From an uncultured virus (IMG/VR IMGVR_UViG_3300012347_000246) (lineage: Duplodnaviria; Heunggongvirae; Uroviricota; Caudoviricetes): 60,525 nucleotides of DNA. Both the position numbers and the translations under genes were made by a program. The stretch lies in the IMG/VR virus record IMGVR_UViG_3300012347_000246. The stretch is one strand, 5' to 3'. Shown here in pieces: positions 49,339 through 59,090 of the stretch (positions are counted from its first letter, which is position 1; every line of letters begins with the position of its first letter). Below the pieces are notes generated by a model. It ran no database searches. It saw nothing but the letters and a program-made list of their open reading frames with translations, and was not told where the DNA came from.

Positions 49339-50000
49339 ATATAGATAAAATAAATACTGAAACGGAAAACAAAATGGAAGATATCCAACAACTTGAACAA
49401 AAAATGCCCGATGAAAAGGGCAGCATCCATATTCGTGGACACATCAAAATTCATGACCCCGAAACAGGTGAAGTGTTTATTGATAAACCTAACGCTATTC
49501 ACTACGAAAACATCAGTGAAGCATTGGCATATTCGCTAGCAGATAAGACTGGTAACTTTATTGCTACCATGAAGTTTGGCAACGGTGGCACAAGTGTTGA
49601 CCCAACTGGGGTTATTAACTATCTTCCTGCTAACACAAACAGCCAAAACTCTACGCTATACAACGAAACGTTCAGCAAAATTGTTGATGACTCTAGTGTT
49701 GATAACTTGGACCCAACTAATAACAAGTTGGAGATTCGTCATATTCCTGGACAAGTGTACACAGACATTCTAGTTACTTGTTTAATTGACTATGGCGAGC
49801 CAGCAAACCAAGCAGCATTTGATAACAGTCAAAATTTAACAGAAGCATATGTATTTGACGAACTGGGTTTGTTTAGTACTTCTGGCAAAATGTTGACCCA
49901 TGTAGTTTTCCACCCAGTACAAAAGGCGCTAAACCGTAAGATTCAAATCGATTACACAGTGCGTATTCAAGCCTTGACTAACCTAAGTGCGATCGGATAA
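49335..50000 (+). CDS. Baseplate-associated structural protein
   Basis: 221 aa; GHIKIHD..NAIHYEN..FGNGGT..FDELGL..THVVFHPVQK. ATGA overlap with the upstream stop; alternative start at 49374 after TAAATA. Confidence 0.7.
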   Translation: MNIDKINTETENKMEDIQQLEQKMPDEKGSIHIRGHIKIHDPETGEVFIDKPNAIHYENISEALAYSLADKTGNFIATMKFGNGGTSVDPTGVINYLPANTNSQNSTLYNETFSKIVDDSSVDNLDPTNNKLEIRHIPGQVYTDILVTCLIDYGEPANQAAFDNSQNLTEAYVFDELGLFSTSGKMLTHVVFHPVQKALNRKIQIDYTVRIQALTNLSAIG

Positions 50001-50006
50001 TAAGAA

Positions 50007-51473
50007 ATGTCATATCTAGTTAATAAAACAAACGGGGAATTAATAGCAACGCTATTAGATGGCCAAACAAATACTTCAGTTACCAGCATTACTCTAATCG
50101 GTAAACAAGTTACTGGATATGGCGAGTTGCAGAATGAAAACTTTCTGCACATTCTAGAAAACTTTGCTAACAGCATAGATCCTTCACATCCTGTTGCCGG
50201 TCAACTTTGGTGGAACACAGTCACTAACACAATGCAAGTCTATACAGGTTCTGCTTGGCGTCCAGTTACTGGCTTTACTACTGCATCTTCTGCTCCAGCA
50301 TCACCGGTAGTAGGCGATCAATGGTGGGACACAACCAACGACCAGTTTAAAATTTATGCAGGCACTGAGTGGGCAACTGTTGGTCCTGCATACAGCAAGC
50401 TGGACAGCAAAACTGGTGCCCTAGTAGAAAACATTTACGATACAGGAGCAGCAAAACATTCTGTTATCAAACTATATCATAACAATAACGTAACTGCAAT
50501 TATTAGCAGAGACGCAGAGTTTACTCCTAACGTAGCAATTGACGGTTTTACAAGTGTTAGCCCTGGTATTACATTCTCTAGCAACGTACCAGATATTAAG
50601 TTGTATGGCACCGCAACCAATGCCGACACTGTAAACAACTTGTCAACTAGCCAGTTTATGCGTTCCGATGAAAGCACTAGCACAACTGGAACTATGTCAG
50701 TTGAAGGACAATTAAATGTTGGACAGAACAGCGAGTTTAACGTTACAGTCGATGGCCTAAGTCAAGCTACTATTAAGAGCAACGGACTAAACAAAGACCT
50801 TACTGTTAAGACAAACGTTGACGGTGTAATGACAACAGCGTTGCTGGTACACGGATCAACTGGCTTAATTACAGTATCGGCAGCACCCACAGACAATTTA
50901 GGTATTGCAACTAAGTCCTACACCGACACTGGCATTGCATCGGTTCGTAGCGAGTTAATTAACTACATTGCATCTAATGTGAGTGTACTAGATGGCGAAA
51001 TTTCATCATTGACATCAAATCAAGGAAATTCGGATGCTGCAATTGCAGCATTGGATAACTCTAAGGCCCCTAAGAATAGCCCGGTGTTTACTGGTGTTCC
51101 GACAGCACCAACCCCGTTAGCAGGCGATGCATCTGCAAATATTGCCACCACTGCGTTTGTGACTTCGTCAATTAGTAGTTTTGATACCACTAAAATTTAT
51201 AACAGTTTAACTAATGTTAAAACAAACACTGGAAATATTGAGCTAACAGTATCGGGAACCAAAGTACTAACTGTAACTACCGCTGGACTAACAACATCTA
51301 CACAGGCACAAAATGACAATAGTACCAATATTGCAACCACTGCATATGTTGACCGTGCGGACAAGAACTATGTATTAAATTCTGTTCGTTACCAACCTAC
51401 TTGTTATATTTCAAATCAGCCGCCAAATAATACAGTTGGGGCAAACGGTGACCTGTGGTTCCAATATATTTAA
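50007..51473 (+). CDS. Tail fibre protein (paralogue 1)
   Basis: N-terminal LIGK..GYGE.QNENFLHILENFA..GQLWW domain; SPVFTGVPTAPT..IATTAFV fibre repeat; C-terminal GDLWFQY. Confidence 0.8.
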   Translation: MSYLVNKTNGELIATLLDGQTNTSVTSITLIGKQVTGYGELQNENFLHILENFANSIDPSHPVAGQLWWNTVTNTMQVYTGSAWRPVTGFTTASSAPASPVVGDQWWDTTNDQFKIYAGTEWATVGPAYSKLDSKTGALVENIYDTGAAKHSVIKLYHNNNVTAIISRDAEFTPNVAIDGFTSVSPGITFSSNVPDIKLYGTATNADTVNNLSTSQFMRSDESTSTTGTMSVEGQLNVGQNSEFNVTVDGLSQATIKSNGLNKDLTVKTNVDGVMTTALLVHGSTGLITVSAAPTDNLGIATKSYTDTGIASVRSELINYIASNVSVLDGEISSLTSNQGNSDAAIAALDNSKAPKNSPVFTGVPTAPTPLAGDASANIATTAFVTSSISSFDTTKIYNSLTNVKTNTGNIELTVSGTKVLTVTTAGLTTSTQAQNDNSTNIATTAYVDRADKNYVLNSVRYQPTCYISNQPPNNTVGANGDLWFQYI

Positions 51474-51482
51474 GGCACATTA

Positions 51483-52826
51483 ATGGCTGATAACTTTACA
51501 ATTGCCCTGCCGTATTCCGGGAATAGGTACTATTTTACTATGCCAGCAGGCGGCTTACAGAGTAAAATTGATTTTAAAATGTGGGGCGCCGGTGGCGGCG
51601 CAGGCGGAGCTGACAGCCACGGCGGTGGTAATGGAGCCGGCGGCGGATTTGTGACAGGATCAGTATCGGCACCGCCGGGTGCAACAGTTGAAGTTTTTGT
51701 TGGACAAGGCGGCAGTGGCGGCCGCAGCGGCGTAAGCGGCTGGGGCGGCGGCGCAGGCGGATATACTCTTGCTGCATACGCAGGGGGCACCGGGGGCAAT
51801 GCTGGTGGGGCTGGGTCGTCCGGGGGCGGCGGAGGCGGGGGCGGAGCAACAGTTTTAAAGATTTCTAATTCTGTGGTTGCTATAGCCGGCGGCGGCGGCG
51901 CCGGAGGCGGGGGCGGAAACAGGGGCCCTTATCCTTACGGCGAAAGTGCAAAAGGCGCAATGGTACCTGGATCAAACTCTCAAACTTATCCAGTAGTAGG
52001 CGGTAACAACGCTGAATGGAGTTGGTTATTGAACGTTTACGGCATATGGCAAGGAAATGGCAGCTATACATGGTCGGTGTACTTTCCGGCTACACAACAC
52101 TATCAATTTGATTTAGCAGCCGACGACTATGGATGGTTGTATGTAGACGATGTGGAGATGGTATATGATCCTAGCTACGATGCTATAGCGTCAGCAACGC
52201 AAACAATTTCTGCAGGGTGGCACACAGTTAGCGTACACGGTACTAACACAGACGGACCTGGGGCAATCGGCGCAAGAATTTTACAAAACGGTAACACAAT
52301 TTGGACCACACGGTCGCCAATTAGTCCTGGCTCAAGTACTCACGGATTCAACGGTGGCAACTGCGGGGGCGACGGCGGCGGCGGCGGCGCTGGTGGTGGC
52401 GGATATTTTGGCGGAGCCAATTACGGCCCACGTCCGTGGTACGACACTGGCGGCTATGCAGGAGCTAATGGCGCAAACTTTGTATCATCAGCTGGAACCA
52501 ACCCAGCAAATACTGGGTCATACGGAAATGGTGTTACGTCCGGCGGCGCAAGCGATAATCAATATCCGGGCAGCAGCGTTGGTCGAGGTGGGTACGCAAA
52601 CGGTGGCACCGGCGGCAACGGATACGCTTTGTTAACTTTTTACAAAGCGGCAGGCTTTTATGTTAACGATCAAGGCACTTACCGTCGAGTGGTTCCTAAA
52701 ATTAAGATAGCGGGTAGCTATTCAAACAATGCCATTGCATGGATTAAAGTAGACGGGGTATGGCGCCAAGTTATTGCAGATTCTACAGTTAGTTTTAGCA
52801 ATGATTCTTTAGGGTGGGGCGGATAA
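51483..52826 (+). CDS. Glycine-rich adhesin-like protein with inserted PA14-like domain
   Basis: WGAGGGAGG and poly-Gly tracts; AADDYGWLYVDD PA14-like motif; C-terminal WIKVDGVWRQV; visibly GC-richer than its neighbours. Confidence 0.7.
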   Translation: MADNFTIALPYSGNRYYFTMPAGGLQSKIDFKMWGAGGGAGGADSHGGGNGAGGGFVTGSVSAPPGATVEVFVGQGGSGGRSGVSGWGGGAGGYTLAAYAGGTGGNAGGAGSSGGGGGGGGATVLKISNSVVAIAGGGGAGGGGGNRGPYPYGESAKGAMVPGSNSQTYPVVGGNNAEWSWLLNVYGIWQGNGSYTWSVYFPATQHYQFDLAADDYGWLYVDDVEMVYDPSYDAIASATQTISAGWHTVSVHGTNTDGPGAIGARILQNGNTIWTTRSPISPGSSTHGFNGGNCGGDGGGGGAGGGGYFGGANYGPRPWYDTGGYAGANGANFVSSAGTNPANTGSYGNGVTSGGASDNQYPGSSVGRGGYANGGTGGNGYALLTFYKAAGFYVNDQGTYRRVVPKIKIAGSYSNNAIAWIKVDGVWRQVIADSTVSFSNDSLGWGG

Positions 52827-52864
52827 TAGGTATTTTTGAGTAAATACTAGATACCGGAATAGTT

Positions 52865-54268
52865 ATGACATACCAAATTAATAATACAGCAGGCAACGTA
52901 ATTGCCACAATCCCAGATGGTACAGCAAATACCACAACCTCACTAACTCTTGTTGGGAGAAAATACGCAGGCTATGGGGAAATCCTACAAGAAAACTTAG
53001 TAAAGCTGCTAGAGAATTTCTCTAACAATATTGCCCCGAGCAATCCAGTGACTGGACAAATCTGGTATAATTCTAGCACCGATGTGTTAAGTTATTATGA
53101 TGGTAGCTGGCAAGCCCTTGCAAATGTTGCACAGCTAACCTCCAACATTTCTGCCCTATCAACAACGCTAACTACTGCACTAACCACCAACGTAAACGCA
53201 ATTAACGCGAATGTATCATCTACAAACGCAAACGTAACAGCAGCCAATGCAGCGATTGCTAGTTTAACTGCATTAAAAGCCCCGTTAGCAAGCCCGGCAC
53301 TAACTGGTGTACCTACTACTCCCACTGCACCTCACTTAACTGCAAACACACAAATTGCTTCTACTCAGTTTGTGCAAATGGAATTAGCGTATTATGCCAC
53401 TGATATTGATTTGGCAGGAAACGTTTCTGCTTTAATTGATCGTTTTGACGCAAACATTTCATCTAACGTTAATGCCATTAACGCAAGCGTTGCATCAACA
53501 GAAGCAAACGTAACAGCAGCAAACGCGGCTATTGCCAGCTTAACTGCATTAAAAGCCCCGTTGGCTAGCCCTGCACTAACTGGGGCACCAACTGCACCCA
53601 CAGCTAATATTTCAGTTAACTCAACACAATTGGCAACTACAGCATATGTACACAACATATTGCCAATTGGTATGATTTTACAATGGTACGGGGATATTGC
53701 ATCTATTCCGTATGGATATGCATTATGTAATGGGCAAACGATTAGTGGACACACTACACCCGATCTGTCGGGCAGGTTTGTTGTTGCAGTGGGCCCACAA
53801 CATCCACAGGGATCGACCGGCGGTAATAATACATTGACCCCAACTATGCAATCTGCCGGAGCACATAGTCACGGAGCAAATACTGGGGCAACGATTCTAG
53901 CAGCAGAACATTTACCGTCACATACTCACAGTGTTTCGGTTACTGGGTCAATTGGCCAGCATACTCATTTATATACAGATTATACCTTCAGCGAAGCATG
54001 GGGAGACAGTGTAGTGAACGGAGTATCACTGTCTAGAACCCTTGGGTCCGGGCACAGTGACAGTGATAATCTACCATCGTCGCCTGTAACAAACCGCACT
54101 CAGGCAGCATCAGGATCCCTGCAAATTAATTTAAGTGAAACTTCGGTTGGTCAAAATCACGGCCACACACATAGTATGATCCCAGATGGAACTCATACTC
54201 ACCCAATGAACTCTGCGGAGATTGTTCCACCATACTACGCTTTATGCTACATCATGAAAGTTGTATAA
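52865..54268 (+). CDS. Tail fibre (paralogue 2) with collar domain and HxH tip
   Basis: Shared N-terminal domain; collar PIGMILQW..YALCNG..TPDLSGRFVV; repeated HSH/HTH; C-terminal PPYYALCYIMK. Confidence 0.85.
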   Translation: MTYQINNTAGNVIATIPDGTANTTTSLTLVGRKYAGYGEILQENLVKLLENFSNNIAPSNPVTGQIWYNSSTDVLSYYDGSWQALANVAQLTSNISALSTTLTTALTTNVNAINANVSSTNANVTAANAAIASLTALKAPLASPALTGVPTTPTAPHLTANTQIASTQFVQMELAYYATDIDLAGNVSALIDRFDANISSNVNAINASVASTEANVTAANAAIASLTALKAPLASPALTGAPTAPTANISVNSTQLATTAYVHNILPIGMILQWYGDIASIPYGYALCNGQTISGHTTPDLSGRFVVAVGPQHPQGSTGGNNTLTPTMQSAGAHSHGANTGATILAAEHLPSHTHSVSVTGSIGQHTHLYTDYTFSEAWGDSVVNGVSLSRTLGSGHSDSDNLPSSPVTNRTQAASGSLQINLSETSVGQNHGHTHSMIPDGTHTHPMNSAEIVPPYYALCYIMKVV

Positions 54269-54311
54269 CCGTGGAAAATAACCGATAAATAACTAATAAT
54301 CAGGTAACAGA

Positions 54312-55853
54312 ATGGCATACACATTATCATTATCAAACGGAACCTCGTTGCTCGGCACATCCGGATTGCCTGACGGTACAATTGATACAACATCTACTAG
54401 CTTGGCCCTTGTTGGCAAAAACTATCCAGGCTATGGCGTTTTCTTAAACGAAAACATGATTCACATGCTAGAGAATTTCTCTAGCACATCAGCACCGTCC
54501 GCAGCATTGCCGGGTCAGCTTTGGTATGATTCTGGAAATAAAGTTTTAAAAGTTAACGTAGTTGGGGCACTAGGTTCTCCGGCAACATGGAAGAGCTTAG
54601 CCGGCATTACTAACTCTGCAACAAAAGCAGGCATTACTATTGCTCCAAATGTAGGAGAATTTTGGTGGGATACTACCAACAACCAACTTAAAGTATACAG
54701 TGGGCTACTATCCCAAGGTGACACTGGTTGGGTAACGGTTGGCCCAGCCAGCAACACCACAACAGGACAAAGTGGCGCCCAACCAGATACAGTAGTAGAT
54801 TCGGGTTCTATTAGTCACGTGGTAGTTAAGTTTTACATTAGTAGCGATTTGGTTGCTATCTTGAGTAAAGATGCGGAATTTATCCCTGGTACACCAATTA
54901 ACGGATTCTCAGTTATTCGCCCCGGCTTTAATTTGAGTAACGGGTTAACTAACCAATTGCAATATTTTGGTAATGCCAACGTTGCAATGAATTTAATGGT
55001 TAACGGCACTGTAGTTAGTGCGGATAAATTTACACGATCAGACGTAGTTACCACTAGTACAGTACCGATTGTTACCAGTAACGTTGGCGGGTTGAGTATT
55101 GGTCCAACCAGTGACTTTGTGGTTAACGTGAGTACTGCAACAACTAGCATCGGCGTTTACAATAACGACAACAACTACGACACAATTTTTTATGTAAAAA
55201 CTGGTGGTCTAACAACTCCAGTTATGAAGGCAAACGGTGCATTAGGCGCTGTTCAACTTTATAACGACCCGACTACTAGCTTGGGTGTTGCAACCAAACA
55301 ATACGTTGATACAGGTATTTCTAGTTTAACGTCTAGTATGTTACGCCGAGATGGCACAAATACCATTACAGGATCGTTGACACCAAGTGCCAACGTTACG
55401 TATAATCTAGGATCTAGCACAGCTTGGTTCAATGACATTTACGGTAAATCGTTTCAAGCCAAATACGCTGACGTTGCTGAACGCTTTTCGGCAGACGCTG
55501 TATATGAAACTGGGACAGTTGTTGAACTTGGTGGCACTAACGAAGTTACGATAGTAAAAGAAGAATTAAGTGACTCAGTGTTTGGAGTAGTAAGCTCTGG
55601 CGCTGCGTACTTACTAAACTCTACAGCAGGAACAGACGAAACACATCCTGCTATTGCATTGACTGGTCGAGTACCAGTTAAAGTAGTTGGTAAAGTTACC
55701 AAAGGCGACCGTTTGGTTAGTGCTGGAAATGGAATAGCAAGAGCAGCCCAGATGAGCGAGTTAACTCCGTTTAACGTTATTGGGCGAGCTTTAGAAGACA
55801 AGGTCTCTGATGAGCAGGGAACAATTCAAGCTATTGTAAAAATAAATAGCTAA
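54312..55853 (+). CDS. Tail fibre (paralogue 3) with C-terminal chaperone/autoproteolytic-like domain
   Basis: Shared N-terminal domain; C-terminal YADVAE..GVVS..IALTGRVPVKVVG..KGDRLVS, resembling peptidase G2-type intramolecular chaperones. Confidence 0.8.
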   Translation: MAYTLSLSNGTSLLGTSGLPDGTIDTTSTSLALVGKNYPGYGVFLNENMIHMLENFSSTSAPSAALPGQLWYDSGNKVLKVNVVGALGSPATWKSLAGITNSATKAGITIAPNVGEFWWDTTNNQLKVYSGLLSQGDTGWVTVGPASNTTTGQSGAQPDTVVDSGSISHVVVKFYISSDLVAILSKDAEFIPGTPINGFSVIRPGFNLSNGLTNQLQYFGNANVAMNLMVNGTVVSADKFTRSDVVTTSTVPIVTSNVGGLSIGPTSDFVVNVSTATTSIGVYNNDNNYDTIFYVKTGGLTTPVMKANGALGAVQLYNDPTTSLGVATKQYVDTGISSLTSSMLRRDGTNTITGSLTPSANVTYNLGSSTAWFNDIYGKSFQAKYADVAERFSADAVYETGTVVELGGTNEVTIVKEELSDSVFGVVSSGAAYLLNSTAGTDETHPAIALTGRVPVKVVGKVTKGDRLVSAGNGIARAAQMSELTPFNVIGRALEDKVSDEQGTIQAIVKINS

Positions 55854-55867
55854 CATTGGAATAACAT

Positions 55868-56866
55868 ATGGCATACGGTTCAGGAAATACGATCCTCGCG
55901 TTGGATTACAATACATTCGCACAAGGCGGCGCAAGTGTAAACCACGGCGTGGCAAACATTAACACAGTGTGGGGTGTAGGCTCCGGCGATAAAGGATATG
56001 GACAAAGCACAACGTTGCCAACTGTTCTGGGCGGCACTGACACAGTGACAGCGACACAATGGTCTACAATGATCAGTCGCTTAAACAGTATCTTAACACA
56101 CCAAAGTGGTTCCGGATCTGGTATTACTGCACCAACAGCGGGTGCAACTATTGCATACCTAAGCACACTAAGTTCAAGCATTACAACAGGGTTTAACAAC
56201 CGTTTAGATGCGACCAGTAACGCAACCGACGTTACAGGGACTGCCCCGTCAGCATATGTATGGAACACTAGTACTCCAACCACTGCACAGATTATTCGTA
56301 CTGCAACTTGGGCTAACGCAGACCAAGCTCGTTATTTCTTTAATGCAGGCGGCAAGTTGATTTTGACTTTTTCAGCAACTAACACACTGGGTAACGCCAA
56401 AGGCGCAGATTGGGCCACATTGCTTGGTACTAAAATGCTAAGTTTGACCATCGGTGGTTACTCTAATACTCGCAACGGCACAGGCGGAACTGCTACGTCA
56501 ACTAATACTGCGGTGGGATATTGGAACGCCGGAACTGCCGGCCAAAACGTTATCACGTTAACAAGTGCATCTGGGACTGCCGATTACGGCAGTAACAGCA
56601 TTTCAATTGGCGTCAAGACAAATGGAGTGCAAGGCGCAAACGGCGATGTTGGTACAGTAATGACCTTTACCATTAACTTGAGTGATGCAGCCGCAGACAC
56701 GAACACAGCACCGGCTGGTATCCCGGTATACACACCAGCTGGTACAGCGCCAACTCAGGGTAACTTTAACGATGCTCTAAACTTAAGCATCACCACCAAC
56801 ATTACAGTTCGCCCACCTGAAACCGTTAACTTGCCAACGGCAATCAGCAACCCAACTATTGCTTGA
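55868..56866 (+). CDS. Virion structural protein
   Basis: 332-aa T/G/A/N-rich ORF with GYGQ and ARYFFNAGG motifs; last gene of the fibre cluster. Confidence 0.7.
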   Translation: MAYGSGNTILALDYNTFAQGGASVNHGVANINTVWGVGSGDKGYGQSTTLPTVLGGTDTVTATQWSTMISRLNSILTHQSGSGSGITAPTAGATIAYLSTLSSSITTGFNNRLDATSNATDVTGTAPSAYVWNTSTPTTAQIIRTATWANADQARYFFNAGGKLILTFSATNTLGNAKGADWATLLGTKMLSLTIGGYSNTRNGTGGTATSTNTAVGYWNAGTAGQNVITLTSASGTADYGSNSISIGVKTNGVQGANGDVGTVMTFTINLSDAAADTNTAPAGIPVYTPAGTAPTQGNFNDALNLSITTNITVRPPETVNLPTAISNPTIA

Positions 56867-56891
56867 CATATAATTCACTTTCTAGTATACT
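56863..56891 (+). promoter_or_regulatory. Near-consensus sigma70 promoter
   Basis: TTGACA (56863-68), 17 bp spacer, TATACT (56886-91); ATG is 6 nt later. Confidence 0.8.
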
Positions 56892-56897
56892 TGCTAG

Positions 56898-57218
56898 ATG
56901 AGTGAATTATCTAATATTGTGGCCCAGGTTCGCGTGGCCACTGATTTTCAAACCAATAAACAAATCCTTAAAGAAAAGATCCAAACGGATCTGCATTTCG
57001 CATACAACGGTGGAATGTTTAAAGCAGACCCTGCCATTTACTCTTTTGTAATACTGTGGCAAGGTGATCAGGATGCGTTGTTTTTGGAAGATGTATACGG
57101 TACTCCAATCAAAATTGTGCAAAGAGAATTCGTTGACCTTTGCACACAGCACTATCAAAGAGCCATGAATGAATGGCATCAACAGTATGCAGAACTCCGA
57201 AAAATCCGCAAAGTCTAG
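56898..57218 (+). CDS. Hypothetical protein
   Basis: 106-aa ORF, first gene after the sigma70 promoter. Confidence 0.7.
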   Translation: MSELSNIVAQVRVATDFQTNKQILKEKIQTDLHFAYNGGMFKADPAIYSFVILWQGDQDALFLEDVYGTPIKIVQREFVDLCTQHYQRAMNEWHQQYAELRKIRKV

Positions 57219-57969
57219 AGGCGTTGTAATATTTGCAACCAACACTGCCGAAACAGACTATGTAGGGATAGCAGAGCAAAATGCCCGTTTAATAGAACGG
57301 TTTATGGGATTGCCTACTACAATTGTTAGTGCCAGGGACACTGGGTCCAATAAACGGTTTAGTACCGACACAGGTACTTTTGTAGAATGGAAAAATTTTG
57401 GAAGACACGAAGCATACGAAGCAAGCCCCTACCACGAAACCATCATCTTGGATGCTGACTATCTTATTTTTGACGATAGTCTTTGCAAGCTCTTTTGCAG
57501 CGATTTCGATTACTTGCTTTTTAACAAGAACCGGTACGTCAACATTGGCCAGCAGCCTAGTGTAATGGGTCCGCACAGTTTGCCCTATGTGTGGGCAACT
57601 GCTGTTCTATTTCGCAAAACTCCCAAGTCTAAAATGTTTTTTGAGCTTGTGGGAAAGATTAAAAGAAACTATGACTACTACCGTTTATTATACAATATCC
57701 AAGAAGGCAACTTCCGCAACGACTATGCTTTCGCGATTGCACATTATATTCTGGAAGGAAATCAACTGGCTCCACAGAGTTTTTCACCAGCTTCTATTCT
57801 CACATTTACTGGTGCGATTGAAAACATTACCGTTGCTGAAAACTTGGTTGTCAAAACATCCAATAGAGGCTATGTCCTACCTCGTTGTAACCTTCACATC
57901 ATCTCAAAGGCTTGGCTAACTAGCCCTGCACTCAAAGAATTAGTCAATGGAGCCCTACATGGTGTTTGA
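57187..57969 (+). CDS. Glycosyltransferase-like protein (GT-A fold)
   Basis: RGVVIFA..DY, SPYHETIILDADY (DxD) and RNDYAFAIA motifs. Start uncertain (57169 or 57187). Confidence 0.65.
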   Translation: MQNSEKSAKSRGVVIFATNTAETDYVGIAEQNARLIERFMGLPTTIVSARDTGSNKRFSTDTGTFVEWKNFGRHEAYEASPYHETIILDADYLIFDDSLCKLFCSDFDYLLFNKNRYVNIGQQPSVMGPHSLPYVWATAVLFRKTPKSKMFFELVGKIKRNYDYYRLLYNIQEGNFRNDYAFAIAHYILEGNQLAPQSFSPASILTFTGAIENITVAENLVVKTSNRGYVLPRCNLHIISKAWLTSPALKELVNGALHGV

Positions 57970-58258
57970 TGCAACTGAAATACGAGATTTCACAATGCGG
58001 TATGGAATGACCATAACGAGTTTCAGCCGTGAACATATTGACGTGGATGTATATGGCAACGCACCCGTTGCTATTGCTGGAAGAGGCGGTGGTGTGACAT
58101 TAGACACCACGCCAGAAAGTTTTGCGATGTTGGTGATGGATGCCGCTAAATTAAAGTCCGAACAAGATGACATGCTGCTCCGAGAGAAGTACCCCGCAGT
58201 CAAAGATGCATACGAAAAATATCAAGCGTTATTGGCATTAACTCGAAATGAAAAATAA
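57947..58258 (+). CDS. Hypothetical protein
   Basis: 103 aa ending LREKYPAVKDAYEKYQALLAL; overlaps both neighbours. Confidence 0.6.
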   Translation: MEPYMVFDATEIRDFTMRYGMTITSFSREHIDVDVYGNAPVAIAGRGGGVTLDTTPESFAMLVMDAAKLKSEQDDMLLREKYPAVKDAYEKYQALLALTRNEK

Positions 58259-59090
58259 AGAGCCCCGGGGATATCTAACACTTGCCATAAACTCAAAAGA
58301 GACAGATTACCTACGACTAGCATATCTACAAGCGTTGAACATCAAAGCAACGCAGAAAATGAATTGCTGTTCTGTTATTGTTGACCAAGACACATTTAAC
58401 TTAGTAGAAGATAAGCACCGTGCAGTGTTTGATCATATCATTCCCACCAATCGAGTAGATGGGGCAGGCCCGTATGCCAATGAATGGCATTCATGGTGGT
58501 TGACCCCTTACAAAGAAACCATCAAGCTAGAAAGTGATTTGTTATTCACTCGCAGTATTGACCACTGGTGGGACGCATTTAGATTACATGATGTTTGCCT
58601 AAGCCACGGATGCAAAACATATCAGCAAACAGCCGGGACGAGTAGACAGTATCGGCAAGTGTTTGATGATAACCAATTGCCGGATACTTATAACGGCCTA
58701 ATGTATTGGCGTTACAGTGAACCCAGTAAACAGTTCTTCGGCATTGCCAGAGATATTTTTGAGAACTGGGACGCAGTTAAAGCAGAGTTAAAAAACTGTG
58801 ATGACCCATATCCTACCACAGATGTAGTGTATGCACTAACAGCAAAGATTATGGATACTCCTTGCTACAATCCTAGTTTGGATTTCATTAACTTTGTGCA
58901 TATGAAATCGGGCATGCAAGGTTGGAGTGACACACAAGAATGGACTGAATACTGTGTCACTGAACGCAATGAAGACATGATACGCATTAACAATATTAAC
59001 CAATTGCATCCAGTTCACTATCATGTAAAAGACTTTGCAACAGATGAATTAATTGAGTACTATGAGCAAAGAATTAGCGGAAGCATTTAA
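58248..59090 (+). CDS. Glycosyltransferase-like protein, paralogue of 57187..57969
   Basis: RGYLTLA..DY, TPYKETIKLESD, TTDVVYAL, FVHMK and HYHVK motifs. Confidence 0.65.
   Translation: MKNKEPRGYLTLAINSKETDYLRLAYLQALNIKATQKMNCCSVIVDQDTFNLVEDKHRAVFDHIIPTNRVDGAGPYANEWHSWWLTPYKETIKLESDLLFTRSIDHWWDAFRLHDVCLSHGCKTYQQTAGTSRQYRQVFDDNQLPDTYNGLMYWRYSEPSKQFFGIARDIFENWDAVKAELKNCDDPYPTTDVVYALTAKIMDTPCYNPSLDFINFVHMKSGMQGWSDTQEWTEYCVTERNEDMIRINNINQLHPVHYHVKDFATDELIEYYEQRISGSI

Noticed and set aside
51580..52420. G-quadruplex or microsatellite in GGC/GGG runs
   Set aside because: Fully explained by poly-glycine codons.
50007..56866. Diversity-generating retroelement or invertible fibre cassette
   Set aside because: No reverse transcriptase, no template/variable repeat pair differing at adenines, and no invertase or flanking inverted repeats seen in this window.
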